A DNA stretch of 64,000 nucleotides from Cenarchaeum sp. Lineage in GTDB: Archaea > Thermoproteota > Nitrososphaeria > Nitrososphaerales > Nitrosopumilaceae. The DNA lies in the NCBI GenBank assembly GCA_965206845.1, contig OZ242221.1, positions 1,344,001 to 1,408,000 on the forward strand, given 5' to 3'. Below the pieces are notes generated by a model, which saw only the letters and a program-made list of their open reading frames with translations, had not been told where the DNA came from and did no database searches. Shown here one piece after another: positions 1-9,206 of the stretch (position 1 is the stretch's first letter; each line of letters starts with the position of its first letter). The position numbers were made by a program, and so were the translations under genes.

Positions 1-774
1 GCATTGCCTCAAACTCGGGCAGCTTGCGCCGGATCTTCCCGTACAGCCTCTCCAGCTTGCCGTTGGTCTGCGGGTGCTTGACGCGCGCCAGAATCTGGTG
101 GATTCCCAGCCCGACCAGCCTCTTCTCGAAATCAGACGCCCCCTTCCTCTTTGCCTCTGACGCGTTGGCATAGAACTGGGAGCCGTGGTCGGTCATTATC
201 GAAGCCGGCTTGCCGTGGTTCTTTATGGCCTCCTCCAGCACGGCCAGCGCGTTCTCCGTAGTGGCATGCTCAAGCGCCCCGTACCCGGTGACAAACCGCG
301 AGGCGTCGTCCCCGTAGCACAGGAACCACCTGCCGTCGTCTGACAGCTTGAAGTCCGTGTGCCACATGGAGTTGGAGTAGGTGCGCTCGTAGCGGATCCA
401 CTTCCGTCTCTGGCTCTTCTTTGGCTGCCTGGATGCCAGATGCTCGTCCCTCAATATCTTGTGGTGGTGCTGTGGGGGATATTTATTCCGGTGCTGTCCC
501 TTATGCCGTCCTGCATGCCTGCAGCCCCCAGGTGCTCCCTGTAGCGGACAGAGAGCACTGCAGAGTGCTCCCGGCGGCCCGGGAGGCCGTTCTCGGGCCT
601 GCCCATGCGTGCAGGATGGAGTATCTTGCCGGCATCCGCGTGCTTGTACCGGACCCAGAGCTTCTTGACCCAGCGCGTGGATACGTCCATGGTCTGGGCA
701 ACGTGGTTGGCGGTGGCCCCCTTTCGCTTCTGGGCTATGATCCACCTGACCTTGGATTCATCTAGTTTTTTCAT
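1..774 (-). pseudogene. IS481 transposase with 1-nt frameshift near 465-470
   Basis: ...CAC AGC ACC ACC ACA AGA TAT TGA stops at 451, while the shifted frame reads HKILRDEHLASRQPKKSQRRKWIRYER into the integrase core. Confidence 0.8.
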
Positions 775-925
775 TACACGAACCCTTCGGCCGCCTATGT
801 GTCTCCACAGCCTGGCGCATTCTGGCCGGATCCGAGCGCCTTCATTCCCGGTAAGGGAAACGCTCGCACTGTCTTTCAGACGTTTTGCTCCTTCCGACAG
901 GGGGTGAACTACTTTTCGGACTACA
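1..925 (-). mobile_element. IS481-family insertion sequence (runs off window start); transposase frameshifted
   Basis: Minus-strand end 5'-TGTAGTCCGAAAAGTAGTTCACCCC (925-901) has the TGT terminus typical of IS481. The HTH ORF 774-451 continues in another frame into an rve core (WHTDFK...DDASR...MTDHGSQF...HPQTNGKLER). Confidence 0.88.
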
Positions 926-940
926 GACGCCCATACGACT

Positions 941-956
941 AAGAAAGACTTAAAAG
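941..956 (+). promoter_or_regulatory. BRE/TATA of amoX
   Basis: AAGAAAGAC-TTAAAA about 25 nt upstream of ATG 980 (leaderless archaeal promoter geometry). Confidence 0.6.
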
Positions 957-979
957 GATTCTGGATATTACAAATTCAA

Positions 980-1342
980 ATGACTCTTCCAAAAGGATTT
1001 GGCTCAGGTGGCGCTGGCGGAGCTGGACAAGCAGATGTAGAAAAGATGATCGGCAAGCGTGTCGAAAACATGACTGGTCTGATCACCATCTCATACATTG
1101 CAGCTTGGCTGGCTACCTTTGGCGGTACCGCAGCAGGATACTTCTACTATCCGTGGGCATACCCCACACCAAGCGGTCACTATGCCTTCATTGTCCTAAC
1201 AATAATTGAGGCGATTGGCTATCTGTTCTGCGTTAAAGTAATGCAGGAAGGATCCAACAAGAACAGTAATGGTGTTATAGCGGTAACCCTCGCAGCAACT
1301 GCGGTGGGTACCGTGCTTATCTCACTGTTCGTAGGAAACTAG
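980..1342 (+). CDS. amoX: archaeal ammonia monooxygenase subunit X
   Basis: 120-aa membrane protein (MTLPKGFGSGG...YYPWAYPTPSGHYAF) directly upstream of amoA. Confidence 0.9.
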   Translation: MTLPKGFGSGGAGGAGQADVEKMIGKRVENMTGLITISYIAAWLATFGGTAAGYFYYPWAYPTPSGHYAFIVLTIIEAIGYLFCVKVMQEGSNKNSNGVIAVTLAATAVGTVLISLFVGN

Positions 1343-1389
1343 AGGGCTCAATCTTCTGTTTTTCTCTTTTTCGTGTCACAAGCTAGCTT

Positions 1390-1617
1390 CAGTAATCCCA
1401 GATGTGCCAGATCTAGCACCTGTGAGAGTTTAGATCACCTCCATCATGCCCATGAAGAGTTCAATTTGGCATGGGTCAAACCCTCGTATTCTGTCGTATG
1501 CGTCGTCATTTGTGTCTAAACCTACATGAAATGGCCAAAAATATCTGAGTGGGACCAGCCCCTCACTCAGTCAAATGGTGGCGACTTAACCTCTTACTGG
1601 CACATCTGGGATTACTG
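1390..1617. mobile_element. 228-bp non-autonomous MITE (ISH3-type ends)
   Basis: Perfect 21-bp TIR CAGTAATCCCAGATGTGCCAG (1390-1410 / 1597-1617), flanked by 5-bp direct repeat AGCTT (1385-1389, 1618-1622). No transposase. Confidence 0.88.
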
Positions 1618-1780
1618 AGCTTACATGCTGGGCTTGCTGTGGCCAGAACCGTGCTCCGGCCTGTTCTAGGACGTCTCTGCCCGGCAGAAGACTACCGATC
1701 TGGGGTATGGCGACCCTGCCGTATGGCAACACCTGATGCGCCGAGTCAGGCGTGGATTCCCATGCGACTCTCGCGCAGGC

Positions 1781-1797
1781 GTATAAAATTTTATATA
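1781..1797 (+). promoter_or_regulatory. BRE/TATA of amoA
   Basis: GTATAAAAT-TTTATATA ending 22 nt before ATG 1820. Confidence 0.7.
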
Positions 1798-1819
1798 CCA
1801 ACCGTTCAGTCTACTAGTA

Positions 1820-2470
1820 ATGGTCTGGCTAAGACGTTGTACACACTACTTGTTCATAATAGTAGTTGCAGTAAACTCTACTCTGTTGACGATTAACGCA
1901 GGTGACTACATCTTCTACACTGACTGGGCATGGACTTCGTTTGTAATATTCTCTATATCGCAGACGTTGATGCTCGCTGTTGGTGCTACATACTACCTCA
2001 CATTCACAGGCGTTCCAGGAACAGCTACGTACTACGCTCTGATAATGACGGTATACACGTGGATCGCAAAGGGTGCATGGTTTGCACTGGGTTATCCATA
2101 CGACTTTATCGTCACTCCAGTTTGGCTGCCATCGGCAATGCTGTTGGATTTGGCTTACTGGGCTACGAAGAGAAACAAACACTCGCTGATCCTGTTTGGC
2201 GGGGTACTGGTAGGAATGTCATTGCCCCTGTTCAACATGGTAAACCTACTGACAGTTGCAGACCCACTAGAAACGGCGTTCAAATACCCGAGGCCAACAC
2301 TGCCTCCGTACATGACCCCGATAGAACCCCAGGTGGGTAAGTTCTATAACAGCCCAGTAGCGTTGGGCGCGGGAGCTGGCGCAGTGTTGTCGGTGACGTT
2401 TACGGCGTTGGGTTGTAAGCTAACTACGTGGACGTATAGATGGATGGCCGCATGGTCAAAGTGGGACTAA
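1820..2470 (+). CDS. amoA: archaeal ammonia monooxygenase subunit A
   Basis: MVWLRRCTHYLFIIVVAVNSTLLTINAGDYIFYTDWAWTSF...WMAAWSKWD, canonical 216-aa AOA AmoA. Confidence 0.99.
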   Translation: MVWLRRCTHYLFIIVVAVNSTLLTINAGDYIFYTDWAWTSFVIFSISQTLMLAVGATYYLTFTGVPGTATYYALIMTVYTWIAKGAWFALGYPYDFIVTPVWLPSAMLLDLAYWATKRNKHSLILFGGVLVGMSLPLFNMVNLLTVADPLETAFKYPRPTLPPYMTPIEPQVGKFYNSPVALGAGAGAVLSVTFTALGCKLTTWTYRWMAAWSKWD

Positions 2471-2480
2471 ATCCCCAACC

Positions 2481-2498
2481 TTTTCCTTTTCTATTTTG
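2481..2498 (+). terminator. T-rich archaeal terminator after amoA
   Basis: TTTTCCTTTTCTATTTTG 10 nt after the stop codon. Confidence 0.55.
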
Positions 2499-2675
2499 TA
2501 TCGTCTGAGGCTGTGCCTTGATGCAGCTTTTTGTTTGGATCCGTTCCCGCGCATGACTGCCCCGGGCGTATGATCCGGCCTGGACATCCCAGTTACCCCT
2601 AATCCAAAAAAAGTCAGTTTGGGATCAAGTTTTTTTTACATCCGGGATCATAACAAACTCTGACACTACTCTACA

Positions 2676-3530
2676 TTGACGCAGCAGGTAGGGCAGCTGG
2701 ATTCCCCAAAGCCGTTCGTAAAGTGGGCCGGCGGGAAGAGGCAACTGATCTCCGTAATCAACGCAAACATACCGCTCTCCTTTGGTACGTACTTTGAGCC
2801 CTTTCTGGGCGGCGGGGCGGTTCTGTTTCACCTGCTGTCCGCCAGGCAGTCTGTCGCTTGTCGAGTCTCGGATCTCAACCCGGATCTGGTGCTGGCGTAC
2901 GTGGCCATCCGGGACAGAGTGAATGCAGTAGTCTCTTCACTCAAGCGCCATGCAAAAGGGTACATGTCGGATCCGCGCGCGTACTATTACGGCGTGCGCA
3001 GCTCCGTGCCTGATGGCGGAGTCGAGAAGGCATCCCGCCTCATCTTCCTCAACCGCACCTGCTTTAACGGCCTGTACCGAGTAAACAGCCGTGGCATGTT
3101 CAACGTTCCGCTGGGAAAGTACGTAAACCCCAACATTGTAAACGAGGAGAACCTCCGTGCGGTGAGCAGATCCCTGCAGTCAGAGAGGGTGCAGATCTCC
3201 TGCGGGGACTTTGAGATTGCATGCAGCTCCATGCGACGTGGCGACTTTGTCTACTTTGACCCTCCATACCAGCCAGTCAGCAGGACTGCCAGCTTTACCG
3301 GCTACACCCGCCAAGACTTTGGCGCAACAGATCTCAAGCGCCTAGTCGATCTCTGTCATGCCTTGGACTCCCGGGGATGCCACGTACTACTGTCAAACTC
3401 CAACTTGCAGGAGATTGCAGATCACTTTGACGGGGACTGGGAGGTGACAACAGTCAGCGCCAACCGTTGCATCAACTCATCTGGAGCAGGGAGAGCCGGG
3501 CATACCGAGCTCATGATAAGAAACTATTGA
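2676..3530 (+). CDS. Dam-like (D12 class) DNA N6-adenine methyltransferase
   Basis: KWAGGK, EPFLGGG, FNGLYRVN and YFDPPY motifs. No restriction endonuclease gene alongside. Confidence 0.92.
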   Translation: MTQQVGQLDSPKPFVKWAGGKRQLISVINANIPLSFGTYFEPFLGGGAVLFHLLSARQSVACRVSDLNPDLVLAYVAIRDRVNAVVSSLKRHAKGYMSDPRAYYYGVRSSVPDGGVEKASRLIFLNRTCFNGLYRVNSRGMFNVPLGKYVNPNIVNEENLRAVSRSLQSERVQISCGDFEIACSSMRRGDFVYFDPPYQPVSRTASFTGYTRQDFGATDLKRLVDLCHALDSRGCHVLLSNSNLQEIADHFDGDWEVTTVSANRCINSSGAGRAGHTELMIRNY

Positions 3531-3603
3531 AGCCCCGAACGGGATTTGAACCCGCGGCCTTTACCTTACCAAGGTAACGCTCTACCGGCTGAGCTATCAG
3601 GGC
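3531..3603 (-). tRNA. tRNA-Thr(GGT)
   Basis: GCCCTGA...TTACC-TTGGTAA-GGTAA...GGTTCAAATCC...TCGGGGC cloverleaf. Confidence 0.95.
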
Positions 3604-3709
3604 ACCTCTCTACTTGGACTGTCCAAATCCTTATAATTCTTGATTATTTCCCGGCGCATGCGATCACCCGCACCACGTAATGTGTGAAAACCCGACCGGC
3701 ACCCTAAAT

Positions 3710-4696
3710 CTAGAGGTGCATCCTGACCCTTTCAAGCAGTATGACGGGAATCATTGCAATTATCCCAATCATCATGATATGCGAAAACTCCGGTACTACC
3801 GCGATGCCGCCAAAGCAGGCAGCCTCGTCCTCCAGATTGCCGTTTAGGAACATTGAGCACCCTGCGCCGTCTGTCTGGATGATGATGTCCCCGGTATGTG
3901 TCCTAAGAAGATGGTCCGCGCCGGCATACCTGTTGACTGCATCTTGGTGCGGATGTCCGTACTGGTTGTTCTCGTTTGCCGAGAATATTACGGTTCTTGG
4001 CGTGGTGGCATCTACGAATGCCGGCGTGCTTGCATGCTTTGAGCCATGGTGCGGCGCGTTGAGAATGTCCACATCTAGGACGTCTGCGGCATATCTGTTG
4101 ACAAGCCACGACTCTGTGGTAAAGGTGGCGTCGGCCGTAAACAGGAACTCAATGTCGCCATACTCCAAGAGCATGATCACGGAATTTGAGTTTTCGAGCG
4201 ACGCGTTTCGCCTTTCACTGATCAGTGATTCTGGCGGACTGAGAACCCTGACAGATACCGAATCATCAAGATTTATGGTGTCGCCCGTATGTGCGATGGA
4301 CCTGCCTTCTGCCAGGCTAAGGAATCTTTGATATGTCCGGGTCTCCTTCTCCGTGGGGCCTGTTATGATCCCCTTTACCTCGATCGATCCGTCCTGCAAC
4401 AAAGCGTTGAGTCCCCCTATGTGATCCTGATCCGGATGTGTTGCAACAACTGCGTCTATTGTGCTGATGTCAAATGACTGTAACACCTCCTTGATATTCG
4501 GGTATGCTGATGATAGCCCGCCATCAATGAGCATGGTCTTCTCGTTTGGGAAGATGACAAGTGTCGAGTCACCCTTTGTCTCAAGATCAATGAACACAAC
4601 CGTCAGCCCATCAAAGTCGTATGCGTCATGGTCTGCATATGCAAACGGGGCGGATGCCGCCGGCAATAACAACAACAGAATGTACGTTACCTTCAC
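3710..4696 (-). CDS. secreted ComEC/Rec2-type metallo-beta-lactamase-fold hydrolase with PEF-CTERM-like anchor
   Basis: Signal peptide; GDS, LIDGG, THPDQDHIGG, NSNS, PHHGS and YGHP motifs; C-terminal VPEF + TM + basic tail. Confidence 0.85.
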   Translation of the reverse strand: MKVTYILLLLLPAASAPFAYADHDAYDFDGLTVVFIDLETKGDSTLVIFPNEKTMLIDGGLSSAYPNIKEVLQSFDISTIDAVVATHPDQDHIGGLNALLQDGSIEVKGIITGPTEKETRTYQRFLSLAEGRSIAHTGDTINLDDSVSVRVLSPPESLISERRNASLENSNSVIMLLEYGDIEFLFTADATFTTESWLVNRYAADVLDVDILNAPHHGSKHASTPAFVDATTPRTVIFSANENNQYGHPHQDAVNRYAGADHLLRTHTGDIIIQTDGAGCSMFLNGNLEDEAACFGGIAVVPEFSHIMMIGIIAMIPVILLERVRMHL

Positions 4697-4856
4697 TCAG
4701 TCAAACCAAGCCGCGAGCGGTATTTGAACATGCTTGCACCGGCGATATCTGCTTCCCGTGGCGGAGTGCAACGAGATGGAAGCGAATGAGTGGCCAAGCT
4801 TGCGGCGCATTAAAAAGAGTAGAGAGCTCTGCTGTATGACACCTGCGTAGATTCAG

Positions 4857-4930
4857 TGGACTGGAGGGGATTTGAACCCCTGACCCCCCGCGTGCAAGGC
4901 GGGTATACTACCAGGCTATACTACCAGCCC
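4857..4930 (-). tRNA. tRNA-Ala(TGC)
   Basis: GGGCTGG...CCCGC-CTTGCAC-GCGGG...GGTTCAAATCC...CCAGTCCA. Confidence 0.95.
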
Positions 4931-5164
4931 ACAGGCTTGATGGCAGTGCTAGAGATTTTAACTGTTGCTTGGTATCTGACCGCATCGGCCCGTGGGCAGG
5001 GTTGTCTAAAGAACCGATCCTCCACCAACTGCCTCACCTGCTCTTCCAACTGAACCCAAAACCTCGGGCGGCATGTTTTGGCACCTGTGTCCACGGTAGC
5101 GGACTCTGAGCGATCTGACTAACCGAAGGGAAAGAATTTATTTGAAAAACTGACAATCAGGGTC

Positions 5165-5719
5165 ATGGTTCTGCTCGAGTCTGCAAAGATGCTAAAGAAG
5201 GGGGATGTCGCCCCGAACTTTGATCTGTTTGGAACCGATGGCAGAAGACACTCCGCTGACAGCTATGGGGACTATGAGGGACTGCTGGTGATCTTCATGT
5301 GCAACCACTGCCCGTATGTCAAGGCCAAACTGGGCGCCATCAAGGAGATACACAGCAGGTTCAGGGATCGCGTAGCGATTGTAGGCATCAACAGCAACGA
5401 CTCGACTCGATACCCCGACGACAGCTTTGAGAACATGAAGGCCGTGGCCAAGGAGAAGGGCCTGGAGTTTGACTACCTGGCAGATGAGACTCAGGAGGTG
5501 GCAAGAGAATACGGTGCTGCATGCACGCCGGACCCATTCCTCTTTGACAGGAAGCGGCGGCTTGTATTTCACGGCAGGCTTGATGACGCGCTCAAGCTCG
5601 ATGACACGGCCACGGAGAAGACCACGATGAACAACATAGAAAAGATGCTGGCAGGGCAGGAGATAGAGAAGGACTTTGATCCATCCATCGGATGCTCGAT
5701 CAAGTGGAAGCAGAATTAG
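5165..5719 (+). CDS. AhpC/TSA thioredoxin-family protein
   Basis: FMCNHCPYV, GAACTPDPF and GCSIKW motifs. Confidence 0.9.
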   Translation: MVLLESAKMLKKGDVAPNFDLFGTDGRRHSADSYGDYEGLLVIFMCNHCPYVKAKLGAIKEIHSRFRDRVAIVGINSNDSTRYPDDSFENMKAVAKEKGLEFDYLADETQEVAREYGAACTPDPFLFDRKRRLVFHGRLDDALKLDDTATEKTTMNNIEKMLAGQEIEKDFDPSIGCSIKWKQN

Positions 5720-5750
5720 ACTTAAATGGCTGCGGGCTGCAAAAATTTCA

Positions 5751-5837
5751 GGGCCGGTAGCTCAGCTTGGCTGGAGCGTTCGACTGATAAACCATTTGGA
5801 TATCGAAAGGTCGTGAGTTCGAATCTCACTCGGCCCA
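5751..5837 (+). tRNA. tRNA-Ile(GAT) with 12-nt intron at 37/38 (5790-5801)
   Basis: TTCGA-CTGATA[AACCATTTGGAT]A-TCGAA anticodon arm; standard D and T arms. Confidence 0.92.
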
Positions 5838-5839
5838 TC

Positions 5840-6736
5840 TCACTCCTTGTATCTCTCAAAGGTCGTCTCTGACCACTGTAGTATCTTATCCATGTCGTGG
5901 GACAGAATGTCTGACTCCGCCTCGGCATCTTCGCTCATACTGCCGCACAGGGCCAGGGAGAGGTTGCCACGCTTGCGGATTCCTGCAGAGCTCACGGCGT
6001 CTGCAAAAAAGCTGAGGCCCTCTTCTGTCTGGGAGAAGACCACGATTATCATGATCCCGCGCCTAGACTTCCAGACCCGGGAGAGAAACTTTGGCAGGTC
6101 GATGTCAAACAAGACGTTTACCGATGAGGACATGTCGCCCAGATTGTACACCTGCCATCCCATGGAGCGGTACGACGCCTCGGCGCAGTAGCACTGCAAG
6201 AGGCTCTGGCCGTCTGCGGCGATCAGGGTGACATTTCTGTCGTCTTCGGCATCAGGCGCGTGCGCCTGCGCCAGCTTGACGCAGTTGAGGATCGAGCTCT
6301 CAAACATGCCCATCTCCGAGTTGCCTATTTTGGCCTCATCGTACATCAGGCGGACAGAGGAGATGGATGGGAGCATCACGTCGATCATGAGGCGCGGTAC
6401 GGATGCACCGGAGTTGATGCTGCTTTGAATCAGCGTGCGCGCGCGTAGGTCATGCCCCCCGATCAGGCTGTCCAGAAACCGGGCCTTTACCTTAAAGTAG
6501 TCGTCGGGAAACCGGAACAGCTCGGCTCCCTCCAGTGCAGTCCAGAGCGTAATGTTTCCTATGTCCCTGCGGCGGACCATCTCTTGGGCGGCAAACATGC
6601 TGAGGTACTTGGTTGTGGTAATCCTGTTGACGCCCAGCTCTGCAGATATCTCCACGCCGGACATCCCGATCTTTGATCCGGCCAGGATGTTCAGGATCTT
6701 TTCTCCGATCTCCAGCGTGGAGTAGCTCCTTGCCAT
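5840..6736 (-). CDS. wHTH regulator with cobalamin-binding-like cap and Rossmann domains
   Basis: N-terminal HTH (MSGVEISAELGVNRITTTKYL); B12-binding_2-like helix bundle; GWQVYNLG motif. Confidence 0.65.
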   Translation of the reverse strand: MARSYSTLEIGEKILNILAGSKIGMSGVEISAELGVNRITTTKYLSMFAAQEMVRRRDIGNITLWTALEGAELFRFPDDYFKVKARFLDSLIGGHDLRARTLIQSSINSGASVPRLMIDVMLPSISSVRLMYDEAKIGNSEMGMFESSILNCVKLAQAHAPDAEDDRNVTLIAADGQSLLQCYCAEASYRSMGWQVYNLGDMSSSVNVLFDIDLPKFLSRVWKSRRGIMIIVVFSQTEEGLSFFADAVSSAGIRKRGNLSLALCGSMSEDAEAESDILSHDMDKILQWSETTFERYKE

Positions 6737-6996
6737 ATGTGGTTATGGCTACTGGTATCGTATAAAGAATGACTGCATGCGGTGGATAGAGGTCCGGTAG
6801 CCTGTCCGCAACGCCGGTTCCCATCCGGCTATGCGACAGCGCCGGTTGCACTTCGGGAAGGGGCGAGATCACCTACCGTACTGGCTCTGCCATGGGAACT
6901 TGGTCTTGGCGCATGCGCTGGCGCCAAGATGAACAGGGACTCGGGCCTCGAAATCTCGTAAACTGTTAAATTTTGCGCAGTCGAGGGTACTGTGTT

Positions 6997-7117
6997 GGAG
7001 GAGTAATCAAGCCTGGCCAAAGCAAGCCGTTTGGCTTTTGGACATGCAGGACTTAAGATCAAACAATGGGTGATCCTGTCTCCTAGGAGTTCGTGGGTTC
7101 GAATCCCACCTCCTCCA
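6997..7117 (+). tRNA. tRNA-Leu(TAA) with two introns (D-arm ~7023-7043; 37/38 ~7058-7072)
   Basis: Removing both inserts gives GGAGGAG...ATC...GAT G CAGGA-CTTAAGA-TCCTG, a long variable arm, GTTCGAATCC and CTCCTCCA. Confidence 0.88.
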
Positions 7118-7221
7118 TCCTCGTCACATGCCATACGGAGGCCCACAGGCCGCGCCACAGATCTGCAGATCCTGCCAAACCTTGGTACATTAAAAAAATA
7201 GAACGCAATTTTTTTTTGCAG

Positions 7222-7617
7222 TTATTTTTCAAAGTATGGGTTTTTGATTCCCCGGGAGTCTAGCTTCTCATAGACTGTGGGGATTGAGAAGACATACCCT
7301 ACATGAATGCAGTCCTTCTCCTCACACAGATGGCAGTACAGCTCCCCGTTCTGGATGGTAATCTCGGCAATTCTGTTCTTGATGTTGTCCTTGAGAATTA
7401 CGCGATCTCCCTCCACTGCGAGCTCTTGGAACTTTGGAGCATGCGCTGCAAAGGTTTTATCCCTCTGCATCATCTCCTCTAGCATGGACGTAACATATCC
7501 AGCAAAGCTGTTTACGCCCTTGGAGGCCAGCTGTTCCTTGTTACTCTGGTATACCTCGTAGAACCTGTCGTACACGTACTGTGAGAGTGTTATTGACTTG
7601 AAACCGGCTTTTGGCAA
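7222..7617 (-). CDS. hypothetical protein (RHH-like N-terminus, CxxC...CxH Zn finger)
   Basis: FKSITLSQYVYD N-terminus; YCHLCEEKDCIHV; TATA box at 7654-7662. Confidence 0.75.
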   Translation of the reverse strand: MPKAGFKSITLSQYVYDRFYEVYQSNKEQLASKGVNSFAGYVTSMLEEMMQRDKTFAAHAPKFQELAVEGDRVILKDNIKNRIAEITIQNGELYCHLCEEKDCIHVGYVFSIPTVYEKLDSRGIKNPYFEK

Positions 7618-7952
7618 ATTACTTTCACTTTACCGTACCATAAAGTATACTGGTATATAAAATTTTAGAGCGATCCGGAGCGCGGATTCCACTTCCACCT
7701 CCCATTCAGGCACAAAGGTACACACCGTGTGAAGTCCCTGCATCCGGTTCGACACGGCCGATGATCCCATGCATCCCCTGACTGCCATGGGTATGCGCGC
7801 AAAACCGGCAGATCTTCAGGCAGATCACGACCGCACAGAGCAGCCGGCGCGCATTAGCTGCACCATCTTTCATTCGGGCATTGGGATATACACCTAGACG
7901 AATCCCTGCGCTCGGTTCTGTGCGGCAGGCGACGCCGGATCAACGGCTGCCG

Positions 7953-9161
7953 GGGGTTGGTGCGTAATTCTCCGAACCGCCTAGACCAGTCCGATACGTT
8001 CAATGATCCGCGATCTCCCGCACGCGGCAATGAGCGAACACAACAGACGGGAAGGATACTGGCAGTACTATGAACTGGCAAAGGAAGTCGAGGCACCTAG
8101 TCTGAAGAGGACGCTGATCGAGATAATCCGGGAGAACCCTTGCCCGCGCCGAGAAAACGGCAACAGGGGCCGTCCCCCGGTTCACTCCAAGGAGAAACTG
8201 GACTTTGCCTGTCTGCTGATGATGGCAGGCAACAACACCTATCGCGGAGTCGAATCGGACCTGCGAGGCATGCGGACACCATGGGACAACGAGCCCGTCC
8301 CGGACCATACCACACTGGTCAGGCACCTCCAGACGATACCGGCAGACTGGCTCGATCTGATCGTGGCCGAGACGGCCCGCCGTTGCATCAAGGAGGCGGA
8401 CGAGGCGACGGGCCCGCTGGGAGCCGACAGCAGCGCGGCGGAGACCACTAGGTACGAATACGTCGAGAGGCCAAGCAGGAAGGAGCGCGACTTCGTCGAG
8501 ACACGCCAAAAGACCTACTGGAAATACCACATAACGGCCATCTTGGGCCTGCAGATCGTGCTGGCGGCGTTCACCACGCCCAGCAACATCAACGACACGA
8601 CCATGCTTCCAGTCATGCTGGCTGAGATCAGGCGTCGCGGGTTTGACTTTGCGGGGAACTTCTTTGACGGGGACAAGGGGTACGACTCTGACTACAACTG
8701 CGAGCTGCTGTTCTGGATGGGCATGATCCCCAACATCAAGCAACGGAAGGATGCCGTCAACCGTGGCAAGTCGCACAGGAGGAAGGCAGCTGGCATGTTC
8801 AGCGATAGCGAGTACAGAAAGAGGGCCCTGATAGAGGGCATCTTCGGGGCCGAGGAGACCCGGCGGCACCAGCTGCACTGCCGGTTCGTCCGGAAGGACA
8901 ACCGGCGCCTGTTCGCCAAGGGAAGGGCGATCGCCTGGAACATCCGGGTCCTCAACCGGTTCGAGTGCGCCAACCGGCTAAACATACCAATACCCTCCTA
9001 CGGTGGCATGGCGCACGTGGAGTGCGCCTGATGATCCGACCCGTCAGTAGCTGATCACGGCGTGCGGGCAACAAAAGCCCGACACGCACCAAAGCACCGC
9101 CGGTGAAGATGCGGTGGGAGACACACATGAGCAGGACGGAGCAGAATTACGCACCAACCCC
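7953..9161 (+). mobile_element. 1209-bp IS5/IS4-type DDE insertion sequence, copy 1
   Basis: 19-bp TIR GGGGTTGGTGCGTAATTCT (7953-7971 / 9143-9161); 9-bp TSD CGGCTGCCG (7944-7952, 9162-9170). Confidence 0.93.
8003..9031 (+). CDS. DDE transposase (DDE_Tnp_1-like)
   Basis: PDHTTL, GADSS, DGDKGYDS and YRKRALIEGIF motifs. Confidence 0.92.
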   Translation: MIRDLPHAAMSEHNRREGYWQYYELAKEVEAPSLKRTLIEIIRENPCPRRENGNRGRPPVHSKEKLDFACLLMMAGNNTYRGVESDLRGMRTPWDNEPVPDHTTLVRHLQTIPADWLDLIVAETARRCIKEADEATGPLGADSSAAETTRYEYVERPSRKERDFVETRQKTYWKYHITAILGLQIVLAAFTTPSNINDTTMLPVMLAEIRRRGFDFAGNFFDGDKGYDSDYNCELLFWMGMIPNIKQRKDAVNRGKSHRRKAAGMFSDSEYRKRALIEGIFGAEETRRHQLHCRFVRKDNRRLFAKGRAIAWNIRVLNRFECANRLNIPIPSYGGMAHVECA

Positions 9162-9206
9162 CGGCTGCCGGATGGATTTAAATAGGATTAGTTCTGTTCC
9201 ATTAGC

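Noticed and set aside
451-480. Programmed frameshift in the IS481 transposase
   Set aside because: There is no slippery A-run at the junction and IS481 elements normally have one ORF; it looks like a 1-nt deletion or sequencing error.
6770-6900. Possible cobalamin riboswitch (CGCAAC, GCACTTCGGGAAGG) beside the B12-binding-like regulator
   Set aside because: It is on the wrong strand and upstream of that gene's TATA box, core B12-box elements are incomplete, and the region is better explained by the palindromic repeat family.
8000-8878. Long antisense ORFs (e.g. 8000-8878, 16685-17563, 19472-20440, 23660-24598, 38068-38913)
   Set aside because: They are shadows of GC-rich coding genes with no recognisable motifs.
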